A stretch of 64,000 nucleotides of DNA from Verrucomicrobiia bacterium (lineage in GTDB: Bacteria > Zixibacteria > MSB-5A5 > DSPP01), in NCBI GenBank assembly GCA_035574275.1, contig DATLYY010000007.1, positions 4,928-68,927 of the forward strand, in the 5' to 3' direction. The first letter of the stretch is position 1. Every line of letters begins with the position of its first letter. This document shows positions 49,258-58,614 of this stretch, piece by piece. The notes beneath the pieces were generated by a model. The model saw only the letters and a list, made by a program, of their open reading frames with translations, was not told where the DNA came from and did not search any database. A program made the position numbers and the translations under genes.

Positions 49258-51597
49258 ATGTCGAACTTGTTTAGAAAACTGGCCGGCTGCACCCTTTTGG
49301 CCGTTTTTGTGCTGGCCCCGGCCGTCGTTTTCGCCGGTGAAGGGAATGTGGTTTTGCCGCCGTTTGACCGCTCGGTGAATATCGCTTTGTATCTGGTCTT
49401 GTTTTCGGCCGTGGTGGCGCTGGCCTACGGTGCCTACCTCATCCGCAAGGTTATGGCGCAGGAGGAAGGTACGGCCAAAATGATAGAGGTCGCCCGGGCC
49501 GTGCAGGAAGGGGCCAAGGCGTATTTGACCCAGCAGATGAGGGTACTGGCGGGCTTCATCGTTCTTCTATCCATCATCATTTTCCTGGTCTATTCCAACG
49601 TTTATAAAATGGAGGATGGTGCCACCAATTGGAAGTTGGTTTGGGGCATTGCCGTCGCCTTCTTTCTCGGTTCCTGTCTTTCGGCGGCCACCGGCATCAT
49701 CGGAATGTCGGTTGCCGTGCGCGGGAACGTCCGCACGGCCAACGCCGCCCGCACCTCTTTCAAAAAGGCCTTGGAAGTGGCCTTCGAAGCCGGCACGGTG
49801 ACCGGAATGTTCACGGTCGGAATGGGGCTTTTGGGAGCCACCATCATCTTTATGATTTTCAAAGAGCATGCCATGCAGGTTTTAATCGGCTTCGGCTTCG
49901 GCGGCTCCTTGGTCGCTTTGTTCATGCGTGTCGGCGGTGGGATTTACACCAAGGCCGCGGATGTGGGCGCTGACCTCGTAGGCAAAGTGGAAGCCGGCAT
50001 TCCAGAAGATGACCCGCGCAACGCTGCCACCATCGCCGACAACGTGGGGGACAACGTGGGGGACTGCGCCGGGATGGCTGCCGATTTGTTCGAGTCATAC
50101 GAAGTGACACTTGTCGCCGCCATGATTTTAGGGGCCGCATTTGTTCAGTACGACCCGGATTTGGCTTTGAAAATGATTCTTTTCCCGCTTTTGGTGCGTG
50201 CTGTTGGCGTTTTCGCCTCCATTTTTGGCGCAATGTCGGTACGCGGGCAGGATCGGGATGATTTCAACCCGATGCGCCCGATTCAAAATGGTTTTGTGGT
50301 CGCCGCCATCATTTCCACCATCGGCTTCGGATTGGTGAATTACTTTTACATCCAGGGCCCGCCGGGATTTTTCTGGGCCACCTTCTCCGGAATTTTGCTG
50401 GCCGTGATAATCAGTTACCTGACCGAATACTATACCGCTTTGGAATACTCCCCGGTCAAAGAGACCGCCAAGGCGACCCGCACCGGGCCCGCCACCACCA
50501 TCCTTTCCGGCTTTGCGGAGGGGCTGGAATCCACTTCCGTGGCGGTTTTGGTCATCGCCGTCACCGTGGTCACATCATTTTTGATATTTCGGAATTTCTC
50601 CGCCGATGCGGGGGCCAATCTGGCGATGGCCGCCTACGGCATCGCCTTGGCAGGGATGGGGATGCTGACCACCACCGGTATCATCGTCTCGATGGATACC
50701 TACGGGCCGATTTCGGACAACGCCAACGGTATTTTTGAAATGTCCAAGGTTCTGGAGGAGGACAAAAACCCAAAGGCGCACGCCATCGTTCACAAACTGG
50801 ATGCCGTCGGCAACACCACCAAGGCAGTGACCAAGGGATTCGCCATCGCTTCGGCCGTCGTGGCCGCCGTGGCCCTTTTCCGCTCCTTCACCTCCGACGT
50901 GGATTTGCTGGACCCGGCCTTGAATTTCCCGGCGCTTGGCATTCAGGTGAATCTGCCCTTCGTTTTTGTCGGTCTTTTGATCGGCGGGGCGATGCCATTT
51001 CTTTTCTCCTCGATTGCCATCCGCGCCGTCGGCCGGGCCGCTTTCCTGGTGGTGGAAGAAGTGCGCCGCCAGTTCCGCGAGATACCGGGTATTATGAAAG
51101 GGACGGCAAAGCCGGAATACGGCAAGGTGGTCGCCATCACCACCGCCGCCGCCCAAAAAGAGCTTTTGGGGCCGGGGCTTTTGGCAATTTTGTCCCCCAT
51201 CATCGTCGGTTTCTATCTCGGCGTGGAAGGCCTGGGCGGCTTTCTGGCCGGCATCATTTTGACCGGTCAGCTCTTGGCCGTTCTTCTGTCCAACGCCGGC
51301 GGAACCTGGGACAACGCCAAAAAACTGGTGGAACAGGGGATGTACGGCGGCAAGGGTTCGGAAGCGCACAAAGCCGGCATCATTGGCGACACGGTGGGGG
51401 ATCCGTTCAAGGACACCGCCGGGCCTTCGCTCAACCCGCTCATCAAGGTGATGAACTTAGTGGCGCTTTTGATTCTGCCCTTAATCGTCGGCCCAAGCAA
51501 ACTTTCCAACGCGCTCGCCGTCGGCTCCGCCTCGGTGGCCTTGGTCGTTCTGATTATTTTCCTTATCCGCTCCAAGCGGGCCGCGCAGACGGATTGA
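49258..51597 (+). CDS. hppA: membrane-bound proton- or sodium-translocating pyrophosphatase
   Basis: 779 aa, 15-16 TM segments. Hallmark 'GGIYTKAADVGADLVGKVE' and 'DNVGDNVGDCAGM' motifs. Confidence 0.92.
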   Translation: MSNLFRKLAGCTLLAVFVLAPAVVFAGEGNVVLPPFDRSVNIALYLVLFSAVVALAYGAYLIRKVMAQEEGTAKMIEVARAVQEGAKAYLTQQMRVLAGFIVLLSIIIFLVYSNVYKMEDGATNWKLVWGIAVAFFLGSCLSAATGIIGMSVAVRGNVRTANAARTSFKKALEVAFEAGTVTGMFTVGMGLLGATIIFMIFKEHAMQVLIGFGFGGSLVALFMRVGGGIYTKAADVGADLVGKVEAGIPEDDPRNAATIADNVGDNVGDCAGMAADLFESYEVTLVAAMILGAAFVQYDPDLALKMILFPLLVRAVGVFASIFGAMSVRGQDRDDFNPMRPIQNGFVVAAIISTIGFGLVNYFYIQGPPGFFWATFSGILLAVIISYLTEYYTALEYSPVKETAKATRTGPATTILSGFAEGLESTSVAVLVIAVTVVTSFLIFRNFSADAGANLAMAAYGIALAGMGMLTTTGIIVSMDTYGPISDNANGIFEMSKVLEEDKNPKAHAIVHKLDAVGNTTKAVTKGFAIASAVVAAVALFRSFTSDVDLLDPALNFPALGIQVNLPFVFVGLLIGGAMPFLFSSIAIRAVGRAAFLVVEEVRRQFREIPGIMKGTAKPEYGKVVAITTAAAQKELLGPGLLAILSPIIVGFYLGVEGLGGFLAGIILTGQLLAVLLSNAGGTWDNAKKLVEQGMYGGKGSEAHKAGIIGDTVGDPFKDTAGPSLNPLIKVMNLVALLILPLIVGPSKLSNALAVGSASVALVVLIIFLIRSKRAAQTD

Positions 51598-51616
51598 AAC
51601 TCTTTTGCCTTACTTG

Positions 51617-51648
51617 AGGGGCGCGGCTCTCCGCGCCCCTTGTTTTTT
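51617..51648 (+). terminator. rho-independent terminator of hppA
   Basis: AGGGGCGCGG-CTCT-CCGCGCCCCT 10-bp stem followed by TGTTTTTTG. Confidence 0.75.
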
Positions 51649-51652
51649 GCCT

Positions 51653-51698
51653 CAACTGTCAACTTTTGGACACCAAGTGTCAACTTTTTTGCATTGAC
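51653..51698. repeat. 46-nt direct repeat, copy 1 (contains TGTCAA-N4-TGGACA and TGTCAA-N10-TTGAC)
   Basis: 43/46 identical to 54930-54975. Sits immediately after the hppA terminator and about 250 nt upstream of the Cys-rich lipoprotein gene. Confidence 0.8.
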
Positions 51699-51948
51699 GG
51701 GCGTTTGGTTTTCCTCTCATTTTATTCCCGTATGCTATGGCAGGAGCGTAACTGGGGTAGAGATTTTTGGGGAAATAGCCGCATCATAAACCGCAACCTC
51801 ACCCGGCTTGGCAACCGGGGGAGATCTCTTCCAGCCTCCGTTCGTGTGAAAGGAGGTAGTTTATAACCTAAAACAATCCATTTTGAGTGTAAGTGAACAG
51901 CATTTTGTTGGACCGAACTTGACCCGTTTCTTGGAAAGGAGCAGGTTT

Positions 51949-52806
51949 ATGCTATCCAGATTCCGCTTGACACAAACTTTCAAAGGGCTTACTCTTTTTG
52001 TGCTTATGTCCTTTATTTTATCCGTTTGGGCAGGATGTTCGGATACTAAAATCACGGGTACAGATGTGCCGTTAGTCAGCTCAGCACCGGAATTTTTAGG
52101 GAAAGTTGATACGGCCGGGTGCGAACAATGTTCCGCCAAAAAAGAAGTGGATAGTGGTACACCAAACAAGATCGGATTGTTTCTTGCAACCGATCGTGGC
52201 GACGATGGAACAGAGTCGGAGCCCGCGCCGCCATATTTGGTGACCGATGGACCGGAGCTCCAACTTTTGGTGGGGATGGCCAATGGCAACCCCACGGTAG
52301 CCGCCGCAAAGGCATATTTGATTGCCGGCGGGTTCTATTATGCTCCTTCAGTCGCAATAGGGGTAAGAGATCATTACGGTGGAAATGAAATCGTCTATCT
52401 GCCATTTGGTGTGTTTTCCGACCCCAATACAGCTGCTTATCTCATTTATGCCAATTCACAAGGCCAAAGCGCTTCCGCCGTTGGTTATGTAAAAGCCACC
52501 AATACTTATCCAGGAAATGGGTACGAATACTGGACCACCTTCCAGACGGATGATGGTTCGTATAAACAAGTATGGGTTAAGACAGTAAGCCTGACTCCCA
52601 TTGGAGGTAACACAGTTGTAACCGATTGCAACGCTCGATACTGGAAGTGTTTTTTGGGTGGAGCGCTGTTAGGTTGCCGCGGAGCTACGCTTCGGTGTCT
52701 GATAATGGGGCCGGCTACGCTGGTTTGTGCTGCCACAGGTTGCGCATTCGCTATGATTCCCGCTGCGTTGGGTTGCGGTGTTCGTACCGCTCAAGGATGC
52801 CAATAA
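51949..52806 (+). CDS. secreted (lipo)protein with a Cys/Gly-rich hydrophobic C-terminal region; no recognisable family
   Basis: Start at MLSRFRLTQ... preceded by AAGGAG. Signal peptide ending VWAGC. Last about 60 aa contain 10 Cys within hydrophobic/Gly context (CNARYWKCFLGGALLGCRGATLRCLIMGPATLVCAATGCAFAMIPAALGCGVRTAQGCQ). Local GC is lower than the rest of the window. Confidence 0.6.
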   Translation: MLSRFRLTQTFKGLTLFVLMSFILSVWAGCSDTKITGTDVPLVSSAPEFLGKVDTAGCEQCSAKKEVDSGTPNKIGLFLATDRGDDGTESEPAPPYLVTDGPELQLLVGMANGNPTVAAAKAYLIAGGFYYAPSVAIGVRDHYGGNEIVYLPFGVFSDPNTAAYLIYANSQGQSASAVGYVKATNTYPGNGYEYWTTFQTDDGSYKQVWVKTVSLTPIGGNTVVTDCNARYWKCFLGGALLGCRGATLRCLIMGPATLVCAATGCAFAMIPAALGCGVRTAQGCQ

Positions 52807-52845
52807 TAAACGGAATGGTGTAACTTCGGAAAAAGGAGGAAAAAG

Positions 52846-53067
52846 GTGAGCAATTCTAATTCCAATTTCAGAAATGGAAGGCAACTGCTTATTTCGCTCA
52901 TTGTGGCTATTATTGTGGGTGTTCTCTGGGGTTGGTTAACCACGATTAAGGCACTCGACGAGTGGTGGCGGTACTTCACGTTTGGCCTCCTTATTTCCGA
53001 GATTTATCATTACGGCTACTGGATTCCCAAACTCAAAGCCGAAGGGAAGCTTATCATTAAGAAATAA
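52846..53067 (+). CDS. small two-TM membrane protein (73 aa)
   Basis: GTG start after AAAGGAGG. Two hydrophobic helices (LLISLIVAIIVGVLWGWL; YFTFGLLISEIYHYGYWI). Followed by a terminator. Confidence 0.5.
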   Translation: MSNSNSNFRNGRQLLISLIVAIIVGVLWGWLTTIKALDEWWRYFTFGLLISEIYHYGYWIPKLKAEGKLIIKK

Positions 53068-53083
53068 ATTTTCGTTCCGTTGC

Positions 53084-53115
53084 AAGGCCGCTTCATTGAA
53101 GCGGCCTTTTTATTT
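53084..53115 (+). terminator. rho-independent terminator after the small membrane protein gene
   Basis: AAGGCCGCTTC-ATT-GAAGCGGCCTT stem followed by TTTTATTT. Confidence 0.7.
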
Positions 53116-53148
53116 CCTAAACTCACAATCGCCTTCCTAAAAAAGCAC

Positions 53149-53176
53149 TTGACAAGCTCCTAAAGCACCTTATATA
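53149..53176 (+). promoter_or_regulatory. near-consensus sigma70-type promoter (TTGACA-16 nt-TATATA)
   Basis: TTGACA at 53149-53154 and TATATA at 53171-53176. Upstream of the small secreted ORF and the TPR-HTH regulator. Confidence 0.5.
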
Positions 53177-53225
53177 TTTTTTCCGATATTAAAAGTAGAG
53201 CCATAGACCGAAAGGAGTGGTGATT

Positions 53226-53513
53226 GTGCGTCCGCTGGCCTTTAAATTTTTAACCCTTGCGTTAACCATGTTCCTGCTCCTTTCGTTTTCCCTTTCCGCT
53301 TTCGCCTTGCCCCTCCGCTATTGGCTGGCCACTCGGGATGTGGATGAACAACCGTACCCGGCGGCTTCCCGCAATGCGACCTATTTTGTGGTTCTGAAGA
53401 CGACGTACGGAATTGTGTTAATACCGGTTTTTGTAAAATCGGGCAAAATCTCAAACGCCATTACCCCGGAAAAGTCGGGTTTTTCATCAGGGAAAAATGA
53501 AATCCTCGACTAA
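53226..53513 (+). CDS. small secreted protein (about 95 aa), hypothetical
   Basis: GTG start 8 nt after AAAGGAG. N-terminal signal peptide (FKFLTLALTMFLLLSFSLSAFA). Overlaps the start of the downstream regulator by 17 nt. Confidence 0.4.
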   Translation: MRPLAFKFLTLALTMFLLLSFSLSAFALPLRYWLATRDVDEQPYPAASRNATYFVVLKTTYGIVLIPVFVKSGKISNAITPEKSGFSSGKNEILD

Positions 53514-54927
53514 ACGGCTCTCCGTACTGTCCGAAAAGCTTAGAAAGACCAATTCCCTGGTCAAAACGAACAAGTTTCAGGAAGCGCTTGCGGAATTAAA
53601 TTCCTTGTCGGATGCTTTTGACGCAACGGATTTCTCCGAAGAGCGGGCCCAATTTAATTATTTGCGCGGACTTGTCCTCTGGCGGTTGGGAGAAAAAAAG
53701 CAGGCCTTGGAGCCAGCTCGAAACGCTTTGAAGTCCTATTTATTTCTGAAGAGTTTCGTGGGAGTAGCCAAATCGCAAAGTTTGCTTGGGTATGTTCTTA
53801 TCGATTTAGGCAATTTAGAGGATGCGGAAGAGCATTTGCAATTGGCGGTTTCCAGTTTTAAGCTGGCGAACGATTGGTCGCAGGCCGCCAGGGCTTTGAA
53901 CCGCATCGCTTACCTGTACAGCATTCGTGGAAAGCTGGACTTTGCAAACTATTTCAATGACCAAGCCCGAACCTGCGCCGTTAGGGCCAACGACCGGTAC
54001 TATGAGCAGTTGTTAGGGTGCAGTCGCGCCGTTCATTGCCGGTTGGCCGGGGATTGGAAATCCGCCCTTGAAAAGTTGGATGATTTTTTGAATCAAAGCA
54101 AAAAGGCCGCGGACTACTTCAGCCATGTTTTCGGATTGATTAACGCGGGTCATGCCAAATTTCTTGGCAATCTTTTGAAACAAGCGCGGGATCATTATTT
54201 GGAAGCCATCCGGGTCGCAAGCCGAGAGAATTTGATAGGCAGTTTGAAAGTCGCCTACGAATTTTTAGCCGAGCTGGATATTGCCGAAGGGCGGTATGCC
54301 GAGGCGGAGGAGAACCTCAAAAAGGCGCTGGAAATCGGCGAGCGAGTCTCCCCGTACGGCACCATTATGACCCAGTGCTGGCGCTTGATGGGGGATTTGC
54401 GGCTGGCCCAAAAAGAATACGATCGGGCCATGGAGGCCTACGCCACTTGCCGGAGCTACTTGATTAAACTGCCCGAGAAACTCGAAGAAGGTGCGATGTA
54501 TCGCGGGATGGGTATCTGCCACATCCGCAAAGACCAGTTCTCGCTGGCGCAGGCGGCATTCAAAAAAGCGATTGAAATTTTCGAGGCGTGCGAAAACGAT
54601 TGGGAGCTGGCAAAAACCTACGTGGAAGCGGCCGAGTGCGGGGCATTTGCTCTGGCCGAACTCCGCTCCAAGCTCGCCTGGGCCAAGGGGATTTTCCATG
54701 AACTGGAACACCCTTCTTGGGAGAAAAGAGTGGAGGTGCTTTTGGGGCATTCTGAACCCTCCTCGAACGGAATCCCGTTACGCTTGGCCCACGAAATGGC
54801 CGACCGCCAAAGAGTCACCCAGGCCCTTTTCGAAACCGGAGGAAACATCTCCCACGCGGCCGAAAAGCTGGGGATTTCCCGCCCGGCCCTGCACTACAAA
54901 ATCAAACGCTACAAATTGGCGGTATAG
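53497..54927 (+). CDS. TPR-repeat transcriptional regulator with C-terminal Fis-type HTH (HTH_8)
   Basis: 476 aa. Multiple TPR-like helical repeats. C-terminal 'RQRVTQALFETGGNISHAAEKLGISRPALHYKIKRYKL' is a canonical Fis/NtrC-type HTH. No AAA+ domain. Confidence 0.75.
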   Translation: MKSSTKRLSVLSEKLRKTNSLVKTNKFQEALAELNSLSDAFDATDFSEERAQFNYLRGLVLWRLGEKKQALEPARNALKSYLFLKSFVGVAKSQSLLGYVLIDLGNLEDAEEHLQLAVSSFKLANDWSQAARALNRIAYLYSIRGKLDFANYFNDQARTCAVRANDRYYEQLLGCSRAVHCRLAGDWKSALEKLDDFLNQSKKAADYFSHVFGLINAGHAKFLGNLLKQARDHYLEAIRVASRENLIGSLKVAYEFLAELDIAEGRYAEAEENLKKALEIGERVSPYGTIMTQCWRLMGDLRLAQKEYDRAMEAYATCRSYLIKLPEKLEEGAMYRGMGICHIRKDQFSLAQAAFKKAIEIFEACENDWELAKTYVEAAECGAFALAELRSKLAWAKGIFHELEHPSWEKRVEVLLGHSEPSSNGIPLRLAHEMADRQRVTQALFETGGNISHAAEKLGISRPALHYKIKRYKLAV

Positions 54928-54929
54928 CC

Positions 54930-54975
54930 CAACTGTCAACTTTTTGACACCAAGTGTCAACTTTTTTACGTTGAC
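54930..54975. repeat. 46-nt direct repeat, copy 2 (contains palindrome TGTCAA-N4-TTGACA and TGTCAA-N10-TTGAC)
   Basis: 43/46 identical to 51653-51698. Begins 3 nt after the regulator stop codon, about 310 nt upstream of the Yip1 gene. Confidence 0.8.
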
Positions 54976-55287
54976 CCCCTTTTATATTCCCTTTCATATT
55001 ACCACCGGTTTTGGAAGCGCGTCCCTGAAATGGGACTTCGGGGGAATGCCCATTTGCCCCACGCCTCCTCCGGCAGAGCCGCTCCACCCTTTTTCGGGGA
55101 GATTGCCGGGGGAGGCATTTTTTAGTTCCCATCAAAACGATGCCCGGCGGGTAAGCGGCCTTGCCGTTGTCTGTTTGCCCTCCAACCCCTATTCCAAGAC
55201 CCCCTCTCAATCGTTATATTAAAATTTGTGACGGTAGTCAGTTTTTGCAACCTCACGGAAAAAACGGCGTATGAGAAAATGACGTAG

Positions 55288-56034
55288 ATGGGAGGAACGA
55301 TGGAACAAGCGATGGCGGCCCCGGCGGCCATGCAGCCGGGCGGCGATTTGGGTTTTTTGGCCCGCTGGGCCAATATCTATTTTTCGCCCAAGAAGGTCTT
55401 TGAGGCGGTGAAAGCCCGCCCTTATTGGGTGGTACCGATGGTTCTTCTCGTGCTTCTGGGAACCGGATTCTATTTCTGGACCTCCGGGGCGCGGATGAAC
55501 GACACGTTAGAGAAGATGCGCAAAAACGAAAATATCATGGCGATGCCGGCCGAACAGCGCCAGGAAATTTTCGACCGGGTGGAAAGCCAGTTCAAAAGCC
55601 CGCTGTGGGGTTCCGTGGGGGTTCTTTTCGGAATCGCCTACTTTTTCATCGCTGCCGGAATTTTGTTTTTCGTCGGCAACATTATAATGGGAGGGGAAGC
55701 CCGCTTCGCCCAGGTTTTGGGGGCCTTCGTGTACACCGGGTTTATCGGCGTCCCGGAAATGCTGGTGCAGGGGCTTTTGGCCGCAGCCAAGGGAAGTTTG
55801 AACACGGCTTTGTCGTTGGCTGCCTTTTTCCCGCCCGACCAATCGGAAACTTTCGTCTATCGGTTGATCAACGGCTTCGACATTTTTTCCATCTGGTTCA
55901 TCTCGGTTTTGATTATCGGCCTGGCCACGGTTTACAATTTCAAAGCCGGCAAGGTGGCGGCTTGGATTCTGCCGCTCTGGGTTCTTTGGAAGGTGATTGC
56001 CGCGGCCTTGGCCGGTCTGGGCATGGGTTTTTAA
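55288..56034 (+). CDS. Yip1-domain integral membrane protein
   Basis: 248 aa. Soluble N-terminus then 5 TM segments with Yip1-family spacing. Alternative start at MEQAMAAP (55300). Confidence 0.65.
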   Translation: MGGTMEQAMAAPAAMQPGGDLGFLARWANIYFSPKKVFEAVKARPYWVVPMVLLVLLGTGFYFWTSGARMNDTLEKMRKNENIMAMPAEQRQEIFDRVESQFKSPLWGSVGVLFGIAYFFIAAGILFFVGNIIMGGEARFAQVLGAFVYTGFIGVPEMLVQGLLAAAKGSLNTALSLAAFFPPDQSETFVYRLINGFDIFSIWFISVLIIGLATVYNFKAGKVAAWILPLWVLWKVIAAALAGLGMGF

Positions 56035-56047
56035 ATTTGGAGGAAGG

Positions 56048-57364
56048 ATGAAGAGAATAGTACTCATTAGTTTTTGTCTTGTCTTTGGGGCGGTCGCCGC
56101 TTGGGCGCAGGTCAAGCCGCTGACCTTGAACGACGCCCTTTCGACCGCTTTGGAGAAAAACTTCGGCTACCGCATTGCCGAGGGAAACTGGGAAGTGGCG
56201 AAAGCGGAAAAAACGGGTGCCGCGGGAGGGCTTTTGCCCTTTGTCTCCGTCGGTTTGTCCTACGGCTGGACCAAGCGGGGCCCTTCCTCCTCCTTTACGC
56301 AGGGTCTCATAGTCGTTCCCGGTTCGAATCAGACCACCACCACGGCCAACTACAGTTTGGGGCTGGAGATCCGCCAGGATTTGTTCGACGGAGGGGCTTC
56401 CTTCTCCGGTTACAAAGCCGCTTCGGCTTCGGAAGCCGCCGCGCGCGAGGGTTTTCGCGGCGCCCGGCAGCAGCTTGTTTTCGACGTCCGGAATTCCTAC
56501 TATTCGGCTCTCAAAGCCAAATTGCTTTTGGAAGTCCAAAAAGACGTAGTAAAAAGGGGGGAGGAGCAGTTGAAAATCGCCCAGGCCCGCTACGATTTGG
56601 GCTCGGCCTCCCTATCCGACGTTTTGAAAGCGAGGGTTTCCTACGCCAACGACCAGCTGGCCTTGATTTCGGCCGAGAACAGCTATCAGGTTTCGCTGGC
56701 CAATCTGAACTCCATCATCGGCGAAAACGTCAATGATTCCATTGAACTGGCCGATACATTGGTGCCTCCGTCCGAGTTGAATTTGGGTTTTGAAGAGGCC
56801 CTGCTAAAGGCCGAAAAAAATCATCCCGACTTATTGGCTGCCCAGGAAAATATGAAGGCGGCCGACTGGGGAGTGCAGGCCGGGCGGGCAGGGCTCTATC
56901 CATCCTTATCCTTGAACGCCGGCTACGGCTGGAACAACCGGGATTTTTCCCGTGTCACCTCCCTTTTTGACCGGGATTACCAGTGGCGGTTTGGGTTTTC
57001 CATCGGCTACAACATTTTTGACCGGTTTTCCACCTACCAGTCGATAAAATCCTCCCAGGCCCGGCATTCCAACGCGCGGGAAACGTACCTGCAGACCAAA
57101 AGCCGGGTGGCGCTCGAAGTCAAGCAAGCGTTTCTGGATATGGCTCAGGCCAAACAGAAGCTGGAGGTGACCAACCAGCAATCGGAATCGGCGGAGGAGG
57201 ATTTGAACATCGTGCAGGAAAAATACAATCTTGGAGCGGCCACCATTCTGGAACTCTTGGATGCCCAGGTGAGCTACAAGCAGGCCAAGTCGGACCAGGT
57301 GCAGGCGCTCTTCGACTACAACCTGGCGGCGGCGCGGCTTAAAAAATCAATCGGCGAGGAGTGA
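56048..57364 (+). CDS. tolC: TolC-family outer-membrane efflux channel
   Basis: Start at MKRIVLISF (signal peptide) preceded by GGAGGAAGG. Two OEP repeats, 'LTLNDALSTALEKN' N-terminus, coiled-coil periodicity. Confidence 0.85.
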   Translation: MKRIVLISFCLVFGAVAAWAQVKPLTLNDALSTALEKNFGYRIAEGNWEVAKAEKTGAAGGLLPFVSVGLSYGWTKRGPSSSFTQGLIVVPGSNQTTTTANYSLGLEIRQDLFDGGASFSGYKAASASEAAAREGFRGARQQLVFDVRNSYYSALKAKLLLEVQKDVVKRGEEQLKIAQARYDLGSASLSDVLKARVSYANDQLALISAENSYQVSLANLNSIIGENVNDSIELADTLVPPSELNLGFEEALLKAEKNHPDLLAAQENMKAADWGVQAGRAGLYPSLSLNAGYGWNNRDFSRVTSLFDRDYQWRFGFSIGYNIFDRFSTYQSIKSSQARHSNARETYLQTKSRVALEVKQAFLDMAQAKQKLEVTNQQSESAEEDLNIVQEKYNLGAATILELLDAQVSYKQAKSDQVQALFDYNLAAARLKKSIGEE

Positions 57365-58614
57365 AAATGAAAACCAAGACAAAAATCTTCATCGGCATAG
57401 GCGCGGGGCTTGTCATTCTGGCCTTGGTGCTGGTCAACCTCAAGCGCTCCTCCTCTTCGGAGATAAAAGTGGAGGCGGAAAAACTGAAGCGGACCGACAT
57501 CGTCTCCATCGTTACCGCCAACGGCAAAATCAAGCCGCGAACCGACGTCAAAATTTCGGCCAACATTTCGGCCCAGATTATTGAACTTCCGGTGGAGGAG
57601 GGGGATCGGATCCATCGCGGCCAGCTTTTGGTCCGGCTGGACCCCGGCCGCTATCGGGCCGCCGTGGACCAGGCCAAGGCCCAGTTAAAGCTGGAAAAGG
57701 CGAATCTGGATCAAGCCGAGCAGAATTTTAACCGGATCAAACCGCTCTTTGAAAAAAACCTGGCTTCCCAGGAGCAGTACGACCAATCCGCCACCCAGCT
57801 TTCAGTAGTCCGGGCCCGCCACGAGGCGGCCCAGCACAACTTGGAGCAGGCGGAGGATGATTTGTCCAAGACCATAATCAATTCCCCCATCGACGGCATC
57901 GTCTCCGAGCTTAGGGCCGAAAAAGGAGAAACGGTGATTCCAGGCACGATGAACAATCCCGGCACGGTGATCATGACCGTGTCCGATTTGTCGGCCATTG
58001 AGGTGGAGGTGGATGTGGATGAAACCGACATCGCATTGGTGAAAGTGGACCAGACCGCGGAAGTTTCCGTGGACGCCTTCCGGGACACCACCTTCAGGGG
58101 CCGGGTCATAGAAGTGGGAAGCGCCGCCTTGGCTCCCGGCGCCGGTTTGGGACAGGAACAGGTGACCAACTTCCGGGTCAAAATCCTGCTTTTGGACAAA
58201 GTCGCCGGCATCAAGCCGGGAATGACCGCCACCGCCGATATCGTCACCGCCGAAAGGAAAAACGTCCTTGCTGTTCCCATTCAGGCCGTGGTGCTGCGGG
58301 ATTCGTCCGCTTTGGTAAAAGCCAAGGAGAAAGACAAAAAAGACAGCGGGGCATTCGCCTCCACACCGGCTTCCGCCCCGGCTTCAACCGCGGCTCCAAA
58401 AAAGAAAAAAGAGCTGGAAGGGGTATTCGTTATCCGGGACGGCAAGGCGGTTTTCGTCCCGGTCGTCGTGGGAATCGCCGACCAGACCAACATCGAAGTG
58501 CTATCCGGCTTGCAGGAGGGGGATATGATTATCACCGGCAGCTACAAAACCCTCCGGACGCTGGAGAACGAAGCGAAAGTAAAGACGGAGGAGAAGGGAA
58601 AGAAGGCCTCCTGA
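57361..58614 (+). CDS. macA: efflux adaptor (HlyD/MacA-family periplasmic membrane-fusion protein)
   Basis: 417 aa. N-terminal TM anchor, biotinyl-lipoyl-like and coiled-coil hairpin, beta-barrel and MP domains. Confidence 0.85.
   Translation: MKMKTKTKIFIGIGAGLVILALVLVNLKRSSSSEIKVEAEKLKRTDIVSIVTANGKIKPRTDVKISANISAQIIELPVEEGDRIHRGQLLVRLDPGRYRAAVDQAKAQLKLEKANLDQAEQNFNRIKPLFEKNLASQEQYDQSATQLSVVRARHEAAQHNLEQAEDDLSKTIINSPIDGIVSELRAEKGETVIPGTMNNPGTVIMTVSDLSAIEVEVDVDETDIALVKVDQTAEVSVDAFRDTTFRGRVIEVGSAALAPGAGLGQEQVTNFRVKILLLDKVAGIKPGMTATADIVTAERKNVLAVPIQAVVLRDSSALVKAKEKDKKDSGAFASTPASAPASTAAPKKKKELEGVFVIRDGKAVFVPVVVGIADQTNIEVLSGLQEGDMIITGSYKTLRTLENEAKVKTEEKGKKAS

Noticed and set aside
50575-51369. 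264-aa minus-strand ORF inside hppA
   Set aside because: Antisense to the H+-PPase gene. Gly/Asp-rich. Spurious.
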